Part shown: piece by piece, positions 29,538 through 40,474 of the stretch
Numbering within the stretch: position 1 is the stretch's first letter
How the letters are laid out: each line of letters starts with the position of its first letter
Assembly: GCA_964016885.1 (NCBI GenBank)
Contig: OZ024741.1
Coordinates: forward strand, 253,518,001 to 253,582,000
Reading direction: 5' to 3'
Length of the DNA: 64,000 bases
Origin: Eledone cirrhosa
Taxonomy: Eukaryota
The notes under the pieces: generated by a model
The model's database searches: none
What the model saw: only the letters and a program-made list of their open reading frames with translations
What the model was told of the DNA's origin: nothing
Made by a program: the position numbers and the translations under genes

Positions 29538-29720
29538 ATGAATTGCACACTTGAAACTGTATAATGCTACCTTAGGTTTCATGGTTAAACTTGGATCTCA
29601 TTACCACAATCGATAATAATTCAGCCAATTTTTTATAAATCAACACATTCTAATTTATTATCCATGTCTAGCCATAAAACCTAAGGTAGCATCATAGCAT
29701 TTTCAATATATAATTCATAA
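29536..29720. mobile_element. MITE-like imperfect inverted repeat (about 60-bp arms)
   Basis: atgctaccttaggtttcatggttaaac / gtctagccataaaacctaaggtagcat. Confidence 0.55.
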
Positions 29721-29731
29721 TAAATTAGATA

Positions 29732-30129
29732 TCTATATATATAAAACTGAGGATGTCTGTCTGTGTGTGTGTGTGTCTGTGAGTTTGAACTCGAGAAGTA
29801 CCCAAACGAATTTTTCAAACTTTACATGTGTATTACTTATGTTTCAGAGAGTGTTATGCACATATTCAACTTTTTGATCCCTAGGGCCCGTATTAGGTGA
29901 AAAACTGCGTTTTTTCAGCTTTTTAGGGTTTTTTGAGGCGCTATGTCAGACCGATTTCCATGAAATTGTAACTATGTATTAGTCAGTCTCTTCTTCATGC
30001 CGTGAGCAAATAAAATCCAACTTTTTTATGGCCTAGGGCCCGCATTAGGTGATAAACTTCATTTTTTCAGCTTTTTAGGGCTTTTTTGAGGCGTTACGTC
30101 CAGCCGATTTTCGCGGGTAACACTGCTAG
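29732..30129 (+). mobile_element. Non-autonomous Helitron
   Basis: A|TCTATATATATAAAA 5' end, (GTCT)/(GT) tract, internal direct duplication of about 90 bp, GC-rich subterminal sequence and CTAG|T 3' end. Confidence 0.75.
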
Positions 30130-30183
30130 TGTTTTTATATAATAGACCACCTTTTTCCTCTCATACCTCTTGCTACATACATA

Positions 30184-30275
<92 letters not shown>

Positions 30276-30278
<3 letters not shown>

Positions 30279-32202
30279 AACCGGATAGTAAACCAAGTCA
30301 TACAGAATGGGGTCGTTCCGAAGGACTGGCGCAGCAGCATCATCATTAACTGCTACAAGGGTAAAGGTGATACCCTAGATAGGGGAAACTAAAGAGGCAT
30401 TAAATTAATTGACCAGGTCATGAAGGTCACAGAAAAAGTAATAGCGCAACTAATCAGAGAGCGAATTGATCTAGATGAAATGCAGTTCGGGTTTGTGTCA
30501 GGTAAAAGTACAACAGAGGCTCTCTTCATTGTACGACAACTACAGGAGAAGTACCTAGCTAAAAGTAAACCCCTATACTTAGCTTTTGTTGACTTGGAGA
30601 AAGCCTTTGACAGAGTACCCCACTCGATTATCTGGTAGGCCCTTAGAAAACTAGGTGTTGATGAATGGCTTGTGAGAGCTATACAAGCCATGTTTAAAGA
30701 AACAGTCAGCAAGGTTAGAATTAACAAGGAATATAGTGAAGAGTTTAGCGTAAAAGTTGGTGTTCATCAGGGCTCCGTCCTTAGCCCGCTACTATTTATT
30801 ATTGCCCTTCAGGCTATAACAGAGGAGTTCAAGACCGGCTGCCCATGGGAACTTCTATATGCAGATGATCTAACGCTCATAGCTGAATCAATGGCTGAAC
30901 TAGAGAAGAAATTCCAAACATGGAAGCATGACCTAGAATCAAAAGGCCTTAAAGTTAACTTGTCTAAGACTAAAGTTCTAGTTTGTAGGAAGGAAAATAG
31001 GGCACCGGTCCCATCTGGGAAATGATCATGCTCAGTGTGTAGGAAAGGAGTAGGCAGAAACTCCATTTTATGTCCCAAATGCAAAGTATGGGTGCATAAA
31101 AGATGTAGTGGGATCACAGATAACCTAACTAAGAATATAGATTTTATATGTGGCCGGTGCTCAGGTACAATAAGTAGCAGCAAGTGCCCACAGAATACTA
31201 GCTCATTCCATTGCACAGATGGTTCTATAGAAATAGTGGACACCTTCCGTTACCTGGGTGACAAAATCAGCAGTGGGTGAGGGTGCTCTGAAAGTACAGT
31301 AGCTAGAGTCAGAACGGGATGGAAAAAAGTTCAGAGAGCTTATACCACTATTGGCCGCTAAAGGGTTCTCTCTAAAAATGAAAGGCAGGCTGTATGATGC
31401 CTGCATACGAACAGCAATGTTACATGGCAGTGAGACCTGGGCATTGTGTGCAGAGGATATATGCAGACTGGAGAGAAATAAGCTTGCATGCTCCGCTGGA
31501 TGTGTAATAGTAATATACGTGAATGGCAAAGCATAAACGAACTAAGGGAGAATTAGGAATAAGAGGGATCAGATGTTGTTTACTCGAGAGAAGACTACGT
31601 TGGTATGGTCACGTGGTGCGCATGAAAGACGACAACTATATAAAAAAGTGCAGGGCGATAAAAATAGGCGGTAGCCACAGAGTAGGCAGACCCAGAAAAA
31701 CCTGGGACAACTTGATAAATTCCGGCCTCACACACTTACACCTCTCCAAGACAATGTCACTGGACCAAGATCTTTGGCGCTACACAGTTATACAGAAGAC
31801 CTGCCTTGCCTAAGTACAAAGCGAAACCTACAGTCAGTAGGCACCTCTAACAAAATACACCCACGTCCCACTACCCCCACCCCATCCACACCACCCCCTT
31901 AAATGTGAAGTTATGTTGGTACCACAACATCCAGTCCGAAACAAATGAGGTCGTGTAGGTGTCACGACAAAAAAACACACAGTCCACGCTGTAATGTGGC
32001 CGTGTATGTAACACAGTAAAAACCTCCCAGTACACACTGTAAACGTGGTTGGTGTTGGGAAGGGCACCCAGCCGTAGAAAACCCGTCAGACAGTACTATA
32101 CGAGCAGGATAACCAATCTTGCCTCAAGTGGGAAAACTCCCGTCCAAACCCATGCAAGAGTGGAAGATGGACGTTAAACGATGATGATGATGATGATGAT
32201 GA
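30276..32202 (+). mobile_element. 5'-truncated RTE LINE with intact YADD and PHD finger, several stops and frameshifts
   Basis: ORF pieces 30129-31813 (QGSVLSPLLF, LLYADD, CRKGVGRNSILCPKC, RRLRWYGHV), 3' UTR type B and (GAT)n tail. Starts inside (TA)n. Confidence 0.93.
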
Positions 32203-32209
32203 TATATAT

Positions 32210-32340
32210 TTCCTTAAAATGAAAGAGTTCTAGTCCTGTAGAAGCTATTTCTATTTTCTACATTAATTCTTGTATATACTCTACTATGTATTGAATACCT
32301 TACTTACTGTGGTTACCGTCAATTGAACCCGGGAGTCACA
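32210..32340 (+). mobile_element. Fragment of hammerhead family B (3' half only)
   Basis: tgaaagagttctagtcctgtagaagc...ccttacttactgtggttac matches 36170-36268. Confidence 0.6.
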
Positions 32341-32369
32341 CACACACACATATATATGCATTATATATA

Positions 32370-32851
32370 CTAGCAGAAAAACCACCCTTCGGGTGGTTTT
32401 TCTGCTAGTATGTGTGGTGTGTATATTGATATTATACGCAAGTATATATACATGTAGATATGATACGTAAAATAAAATCGTAATTGACAATATACACAGA
32501 AATTGAAGAGAGTGTGCGTTACACTGTCTTATTTAATCACTAACGTAATCCATGATACATTAAAACAAGACATTATTATATATAAATTGCATTAGGAGAA
32601 AATTAGTGACGGAAAATTAATATGTTTATTTAAGCGATCGCCACCGAAAGTGTTGACATTTGAAAATTTTAAAGAAGTGATTCTTTAAATAAATAATAAA
32701 ATATATTTAATGAACAGCCACGAAATTTAGTAGATAAATTATGTAATATTCATTCATTATTTATTCAAAGTAATCCAACTTATTTTACTAATGGGATAAA
32801 AAATTATAAACCGTACGCAGTCCCGTGCTTCTTACTTTATTATAGTTTAGA
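32370..32851 (-). mobile_element. Non-autonomous Helitron
   Basis: Minus strand A|TCTAAACTATAATAAAG 5' end and accaccc-gaa-gggtggt hairpin followed by ttttctgCTAG|T. Confidence 0.72.
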
Positions 32852-32895
32852 TATATGGCAAGAGCTCAGCCGTTGGGGTCCCGACTCTTTATAAC

Positions 32896-32969
<74 letters not shown>

Positions 32970-33303
32970 AATATGGGGAGAAGAATACTGCATGGTTGTA
33001 CATGGATAACATGTTATAAAATGAGTCCCTCATCAGTGATTTGCCAACGGTCATTGGTATTTCATTGCATTAAAAATCATATACCTCACGTTGGTGCAAT
33101 AATAACTAAAATAAGTTATTAGGACAATTAAAACGCGTAAAGCGAGTGAGACAAGTAAACAACACAGGGGAAAGCTAACCGAAGATAGGAAGAAACACAA
33201 GCTACATAGTTATTCTATCAGTATAAGCTGGGTGAATATATGAGCGAGTAAGAAATAGACCTTTCGCGATGAATCCGATGTAAGAAAGAAGGAAATAATC
33301 AAG

Positions 33304-35076
33304 ATGTCTCCAGATGTATGTGACAGTACAGAGGACCTCCTCAGCAGAATCAGTGAGTGCAACAAAAACAGGAGCCTATCCAACTGCATAATAGGCAGCA
33401 TGGATGTGGTGTCACTGTACCCATCCATTAACATTGATTTTGCTGTGAAAAGATGTGTGGAGATGATCATTGAGAGTGAGGTGGAGTTCTGCGACGTCGA
33501 CACAGACGAACTGGACCTCCTACTTAGACTTACCTACGACACTGACTACCTAGACAGCCATGACCTTAGATGTTTCTGCCCTAGTAGACCTATAAGAGGT
33601 AGACCCCCCACCATAACCTCAATGGCAAAAAAGACTCCCATGGGAAGGTGGACTGGGTGGGCGGACCAAAGCTATATGGACCCCCCAAAACAATGATCAG
33701 ATAAGAAAAATGGTCGCACATGCAATAGGGGCTAGTATCAAAACTACCCTAAAGGGCCACATATTTAAGTTCAACGAGAAAATCTACACCCAAAATGAGG
33801 GAGCAGCCACCGGCGTCAGCATAGCTGGTGATGTTGCCAACCTTTTCATGGTATGGTGGGAAAGGAGACTTAAAGATCTCCTTAATGAAAGCTCCATAGA
33901 CCTCATCATGTACTCTCGTTATGTAGACAATATCAATATAGTTATAAGAACACCCCCACTAGAGAGCACTAACAAGTTTGATTTAGAACGTAGCACGATG
34001 GAAAGCATCCAGCAGATAGCTAATTCCATACACCAGAGTATAACTGTAACTATCGACTTCCCTTCCAAACACCCTAACAATAGACTACCTGTATTAGACA
34101 CAGAACTCTGGATTAACACTATAGATGAGAGAGCTCAAATTCTCCACTCACACTATGCTAACCCATGGCCTCCAAATACCTGATACTCAAAAACTCAGCA
34201 ATGTCCAGTAGTGCTAAGTTTAATATTCTGATCGCAGATTTGGTACGAGTGATGAAGAATGTGTCCCGCATGTGTGACCCAACAGAAATGGAAAGACACA
34301 TCCAACATTTCATCAACCGCATGCAGTTCTCTGGCTACAACCAAAGAGACAGAATCAGAGTATACGAAGGAACCATGGAAAAGTATAAAACCCTCATAGA
34401 ACTGGACATGAAAGGAATTTGCCCATTATACAGGAGCAAATCATGGAATAGCTTAGATAGGGCTAGACATAAGATAGGGAAAGCCACATCATGGTACGAC
34501 AACCAGAGATACCAGAGTGTCATGTTTGTGGACGCCACCCCTGGAGGGAAATTAGCTAACCAGTGTAGAAAGGCCCTGAGAAAGATCCACTTAAAAATAA
34601 AGGTGGTAGAAAAGCCAGGAACCACCATAAAATCCCTGATCAGCAAAACCTACCCTTTTAAGAAAACCCACTGTACCAATAGGAAATGTATCATATGTAA
34701 GGTGAACCCCTGGATAAACTGTAAAACTAGAAACGTAGTCTATAGCATAAGATGTACAGAGGGTACTTGCAGAAACATGACAACAACATACATAGGTGAG
34801 ACAGCTCGTAGCATAGGTGAAATGATAGACCAACACTGGGGGGAACTAAAAGGACGAAAAAACGGGTCAGTACTATACGAACATGCTAGACAACAACATG
34901 ACAGTAACATAGACAACATAGAAATTAGAATAATATCTAAACATAGAAATGACCCAGCAGATAGGCGAATAAGAGAGGCCAGTGAAATAGAAATTAGAAG
35001 ACCAAAGCTAAACAGAAAGAATGAATGGAATAACAACAACACCCAAACAAACAACACTGACCTAAGAGAAGTATAA
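33304..35076 (+). pseudogene. PLE RT plus GIY-YIG endonuclease, two frameshifts and YVDD changed to YVDN
   Basis: ORFs 33304-33696, 33710-34183 and 34165-35076 join by single frameshifts near 33690 and 34160. Confidence 0.9.
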
Positions 35077-35303
35077 ATAAGTAAATAAAATAAGATAAAT
35101 AAATAAATAAATACATACACAAGCACATAAACACACACTAGTCACCCATCACACAGCAAAGATAACACTATACACACACGCAAACGCATGCGCAAAGAAG
35201 ACGAAATAAAATAAACAAACAAGCAAATAAATAAATAAATAAATATATAGACACACTGAATAAAAATGGCGTAGACATACAACACAACAGGAGGAAAATA
35301 TAA

Positions 35304-35347
35304 CACCACTGACGATGTTGCAGATGTGCAACGAAAGATTTATGATA
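35304..35347 (+). ncRNA. Hammerhead ribozyme motif in the PLE pseudo-LTR (helix I decayed)
   Basis: CUGACGA-U-GUUGCA-GAUG-UGCAAC-GAAA-GAUU-UA: perfect 6-bp helix II and near-palindromic AGAUUU helix III. Confidence 0.72.
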
Positions 35348-35681
35348 AACTATATATATGTGTTTGTGTCTATATTGTATCTGTATTATTTTTGACCGTC
35401 GGTCAGTCAATGGCAACATTGAGGACCGAGTAAGTTAGATTACCGATATAAAAGACAGCGAGAAGCGAAAACCAACCAAACAGTGAGTGTGTTCTGTTAT
35501 TAATTCTGGCAATATTACACAAATATGACCCTCCCCAAGTATAACAATATTTGTTTCGACGCACGATTTCATATAAAAAACCTCACAAAACTATATATAG
35601 ATATAGATATATATATCCAGTAAATTTCCAACCGATAAGGTATCATTTTCATGGGTATGTCTATTTATAAAACAAAATTTG

Positions 35682-35746
35682 TATTTTATCTGATGAAAGC
35701 GTACCAATGTTGTCTTGGTTGCTCTTGAAATATATATAATAAAATA
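35682..35746 (+). ncRNA. Type I minimal hammerhead ribozyme
   Basis: UAUUUUAU-CUGAUGA-helix II (AGCG/UGCU, ACCAA/UUGGU)-GAAA-UAUAUA-UA/AUAAAAUA: perfect 8-bp helix I, cleavage predicted after 35738. Confidence 0.8.
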
Positions 35747-36084
35747 AATATGGTTTTATAAATATAGTTTCCATTTATTTAATATCATTGAATAGTTACT
35801 CCAGTTACTGTGCTCTAAATCAGTTATAAACATTTATATTTGTCGGACTTCCAACAAATTAAATACCACTTCTACTTATATATATATATATGATAGTAAT
35901 GAATGAAAGATATATACTTCATATCATCTCTATTTATTTCATAATAATAAATATTTCGAAGATGCAATATTTTATATATAACATAAACCAGAAAATGTCC
36001 TCTTCAGACAAAATACATGTGAGATGTATAAATTTTCCATGATATATATATATATATGTGTGTGTGTTTGTGTATATATATATT

Positions 36085-36270
36085 TATTTAATATAGAACT
36101 GGCTTCTACAGGACTAGAACTGTTTCATTCGGAAAAAAATCATCAGAAAGCTTTCCTGGTGATTTCTTCCGAATGAAACAGTAGAAGCCAGTTCTATATT
36201 AAGTATTTGTACTCTGTTATGTATTGAGTACCTTACTTACTGTGGTTACTCCTGATTGAACCCGGAATAA
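36085..36270. mobile_element. Fold-back element of hammerhead family B
   Basis: Inverted arms centred on aaagcttt (36147-36154). The plus arm has CUGGUGA and a deleted helix III. Confidence 0.75.
36102..36151 (-). ncRNA. Type I hammerhead ribozyme
   Basis: Minus strand GCUUU-CUGAUGA-UUUUUUUCCGAAU-GAA-ACAG-UUCUAGUC-CUGU-A/GAAGC: 5-bp helix I, 4-bp helix III, GUA triplet, weak helix II. Confidence 0.68.
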
Positions 36271-36869
36271 ACATATATATATAGAATAGATACAGCATAT
36301 CCATGAACCTTAATGTAAGTGGCAACTAAAAAGATTGATATTAAGGAAGGGCATCCAGTCAAAAAGCAAAACTCTACACACATACAGCACCACCACATCA
36401 CTATCCCCACACCCACATTCCTAGATACACCTCCGCAATACACATACACCACCACCACCTTCACCCACACATGCTACCCTGCTTCCACCTTCAATACTGA
36501 AAATTCAAAAGAAAAATATAATCCATTATAAATCCATTTTTCTTCAAAAAAGTGAAAAAAGACCCCCCTACCTCCACCCCCACTTCCTCTCCCCCATAGA
36601 ATATCTCCACCACCACAACCACAACCAGCACCACCACAACCTTTTTCCTTCCTCATAATTACTCCCTATAGAAATTCGATTTCCTCTTCCTCTCCCTCTT
36701 CCTCAGCAACCACCTATCCCTTCTCCTCCCTCATCCACCTCCTCTTACTCACTAACAAAAAACTCCCCAGAAATTTCAACTCCATTTGAAAGATATTTTT
36801 TTTTTATGGTCTTTTAAGTAGAGTTAGGGTTGAAATGAAACCTTGTTGTGGCAATGGTGGTAGGGGTTA

Positions 36870-37680
36870 AGAAGATGATGATGATAATGATGGTTGTAAT
36901 GGTTTCAATTGTGGTGGTGGTGGTTGAGCAGTGATGGTAATGCTGGTGCTGGTAGTGCTGGTGTTGATGATGGAGGTGGTGGTAGTGGGGGTGGTGGTGG
37001 TGGTGGTTGGGTAGTGATGGTAATGCTGGTGCTGGTAGTGCTGGTGTTGATGATGGAGGTGGCGGTAGTGGAGGTGGTGGTGGTGGTTGAGCAGTGATGG
37101 TAATGCTGGTGCTGGTAGTGTTGGTGTTGATGATGGAGGTGGTGGTAGTGGGGGTGGTGGTGGTGGTGGTTGGGTAGTGATGGTAATGCTGGTGCTGGTA
37201 GTGCTGGTGTTGATGATGGAGGTGGCGGTAGTGGAGGTGGTGGTGGTGGTTGAGCAGTGATGGTAATGCTGGTGTTGGTAGTGGTGGTGTTGATGATGGA
37301 GGTGGTTGTGGTGGTGGTGGTGGTGGTGGTGGTGGTGGTTGTGGTGGTGGTGGTTGGGCAGTGATGGTAATGCTGATGCTGGTAGTGCTGGTGTTGATGA
37401 TGGAGGTGGTTGTGGTGGTGGTGGTGGTGGTGGTGGTGGTGGTGGTGGTTGTGGTGGTGGTGGTTGGGTAGTGATGGTAATGCTGGTGTTGGTAGTGCTG
37501 GTGTTGATGATGGAGGTGGTTGTGGTGGTGGTGGTGGTGATGCTAGTGGTGTTTGGGGTGTTGGTGATGGAGGAGGTGGTTGTGGTGGTGTTTGGCGGTG
37601 TTGTTGATGGAGGTGGTGGTGTAGCTGTTGTTGATAATGGTGGTGATGTTGCTGGTGGTGATGGTAAAGCTAGTGGTGGT
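36870..37680. repeat. (GGT)-rich minisatellite (about 80-bp unit)
   Basis: agtgatggtaatgctggtgctggtagtgctggtgttgatgatggaggtgg repeated about 7 times. Confidence 0.9.
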
Positions 37681-38078
37681 GAAAGTGAATCCCTATGCTC
37701 TGGCCACTCTCTACCAAAAACACAAACAAATGGAATTGATGGGAGATATGAGATTGTAGAAAAGGGCAAAGGATTGTCTGCTAAAGCCATTGCGAAAACA
37801 AAACTCCCGGTGGTAGAAAAACAACTGACCAACACCTAGGTCTGATTTAAGGGAGATGTGACTGCTAGTTCTACCAGATCATGTAGCTAAATTGTTATTC
37901 CCTTCATGGGTAAGATGATAAAGTTTGACTTGTAATTCCTAGCTGTTTCATCCCCCAGCTACCATCTCACAGACTCTACAACTGCCACCAGACAAACACA
38001 TGAGAAAAAAAATAAACAGGAATGAATATTAAAGTACACCCACTCACGCACGCACACACACACACACACACACATACA

Positions 38079-38129
<51 letters not shown>

Positions 38130-38169
38130 GCGTACACACACACACGCGCACACACACAAATACATAAAT

Positions 38170-38370
38170 CTATTTATTTTATATAGAAATGACTTCTACA
38201 GGACAGGACTGAAATCATATAGACATTCCTGATGATTTCATACGAATGAAACGGTTCTAGAAGTCATTTCTATATAAAGTAAATATGCATCTTCTTTACT
38301 AACATATTGATTACCTTATGTAATTGTGGGTTATTTTCCAATCCCTTTCAGAGAACCATCCTTAATTTTA
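38170..38370. mobile_element. Fold-back element of hammerhead family B (decayed core 38226-38262)
   Basis: UUC-CUGAUGA-U-UUC-AUAC-GAA-U-GAAA-CGGUUC-UA/GAA, with inverted arm tatatagaaatgacttcta. Confidence 0.65.
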
Positions 38371-38429
38371 TATATATATGCCCTAGATAGAGCACTCTTT
38401 TCCTTTTTCTTTCCCTCGGGCATGATGGT

Positions 38430-38484
<55 letters not shown>

Positions 38485-38744
38485 TTCACATTCCGAAATT
38501 CTTACCAAGATTACCTATCGAGTTGTCTTGTTTACTCTCTTTGTTTTCTTCTTTTTTATTTTTACTTTTCTTTATCTATCCTTTGTGATCCTGTCTCTTT
38601 TTTGTACTCCTGAAGAGGGACTAAAGCGCGACACATCAAACTTTCTTTCCCTTTTTCCATATAAAGCATGAAACTAATAATATTTTTAGTATCTCTGCTG
38701 TTTCCTTGAACTACATATATATATATAATCTATATATATATATA

Positions 38745-39966
38745 TTAATATCTGTGTACGCACCCCAATCCGGACTGCCTGGCGCTATAAAAGACAGATT
38801 CTATGAGACACTGATGCTCACTACCTCCCAAATAACCGACAGTGACTATTATATCCTTACCAGAAGACGTGACAGAGTGTCTGTTGTAAACACTAAATCC
38901 CTCCCCATGAAGAATGCACCTCTCAACATAGACTCATAATTAGCGACCTCATAGTCAGGACGAGACGTACTTGACAACAGAAGAGAACTATCCTCAGGAG
39001 AAAAATATGGAAGCTAAAGGAACCCACAGCCAGTAATAAATTTAAAAGCATATTACTTGATGCTTTCGACAGTAAGGAAGAGCAATTAGAGTCATACAAT
39101 ATAGAGGAACAGCAGGAATTCCTGAAAGCAAACCTGCTGATGGCGGCAGATGAAGTCTGTGGCTGGAGCAGACCTACAGGCAGGAGGAGAGTAACTTGGT
39201 GGTGGAACAGTAAGGTGGAGGAGTCAATTAAGGCCAAAAAGCAGGCTTGGAAAGTATGGCGGGTTGGGGGAAGTAGAGAAGACTATCAAGTGGCCAGGAG
39301 GGAAGCTAGGAGACAAGTGTACTTCGCAAGAAGGGAAGCAGAGGAAAGAAAGTTCAAGCATGTTCTACAATGCGAGGACTAAAAACGTGAGGTGTTCAGG
39401 ATTGCTAGGCAATGTGTCAAGGAAAACCGTGATATTGTCGGGGAGAAGTGTGTCCTTAATGATGATGGTGTACTTGCCATCACTGACGCTGATAAGAAGA
39501 TAGCTTGGAAGTGTCACTACAAAAGGCTACTAAATGAGGAAAATAAATGGGAGAAAGACAGTCTCCCCCACATCGACCAGCAGTGTTAGTTGAAAAAAAA
39601 CACACAGTCCACGCTGTAATGTGGCCATGTAGGTAACATGGTAAAAACCTCCCAGTTCCACACTGTAAACGATGTTGGTGTTGGGAAGGGTCCCAGCCGT
39701 AGAAAACCCACCAGACGTGTAGGTGTCATGACAAAAAAACACACAGTCTACGCTGTAATGTGGCCATGTAGGTAACACGGTAAAAACCTCCCAGTCCACA
39801 CTGTAAACGTGGTTGGTGTTAGGAAGGGCATCCAGCCGTTGAAAACCCGCTAGACAGTCCTATACGAGCAGGACAACCAATCTTGTCTCAAGTGGGAAAA
39901 CTCTCGTCCAAACCCATGCAAGCGTGGAAGATGGACGTTAAACGATGATGATGATGATGATGATGA
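38745..39966 (+). mobile_element. Internally deleted RTE LINE (APE/tether fragment joined to a duplicated 3' UTR)
   Basis: ISVYAPQSGLP, VTWWWN, FRIARQCVKENRD; 3' UTR segment present twice (39590-39715 and 39716-39966); (GAT)n tail. Confidence 0.88.
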
Positions 39967-40474
39967 TATAATCTAGTGAGTTCATCTGTTGGTGGATGCT
40001 TATACATCTTGAATATAACATGGAATTGGCTGTTACGCACACTAATCATCACATAGTTGAGAATAAAACCTTGTCTGAAGCCAGTGGCAAAGTAGGATGG
40101 ATCAATTACAGGACTCTGTGTGACTGAGACAATTAGAGAACTCTAAAATGGCTTCTCCAGATATACTTTCTGTGTTCAACTTAATTCCTTCAGCTAATGA
40201 ACTACTTTTACAACATGTTTAAAGCAACAAATTCCTGTCTTGTAACTATTTACAACTGGGTTGACATGGACTCTGTAAACCATAGTGAAGGCAACCCATC
40301 TAAGGGAGCAGTGACTCTGACTAAAATCAACTGCATGGAGCAGTTAGTGACTCTGACTAAAATCAACTGTATGGAGTAGACGTGGGCTCCATAAGCCACA
40401 GTGAAGGCAACACATCTAGGAGAGCAGTGACTCCAATTAAAAACAACTGTTCTATGAGGAACTTTTACAAACAA

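Larger units (their letters stand above)
33280..35595 (+). mobile_element. Penelope-like retroelement (Naiad-like), 5'-incomplete, with 3' pseudo-LTR
   Basis: RT motifs STEDLL, GSMDVVSLYPSI, RGRPPTIT, Q.EGAATG...ANLFM, RYVDN and LPVLD; CxxxxCxxC linker; GIY-YIG (NVVYSIRC..C..YIGETAR..H..H..R.IRE...LN). Hammerhead at 35304. The clade call is from motif recognition. Confidence 0.88.

Noticed and set aside
33020-33040. Minus-strand CUGAUGAGGGA upstream of the PLE; similar half cores at 38610 and 44180
   Set aside because: No matching GAAA/UH half, so they cannot fold as ribozymes.
33690-33700. TGA in the PLE as possible selenocysteine codon (known in some Naiad elements)
   Set aside because: The TGA is out of frame after a frameshift in a C/A run. 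Cys positions in the linker and endonuclease are ordinary TGY codons.
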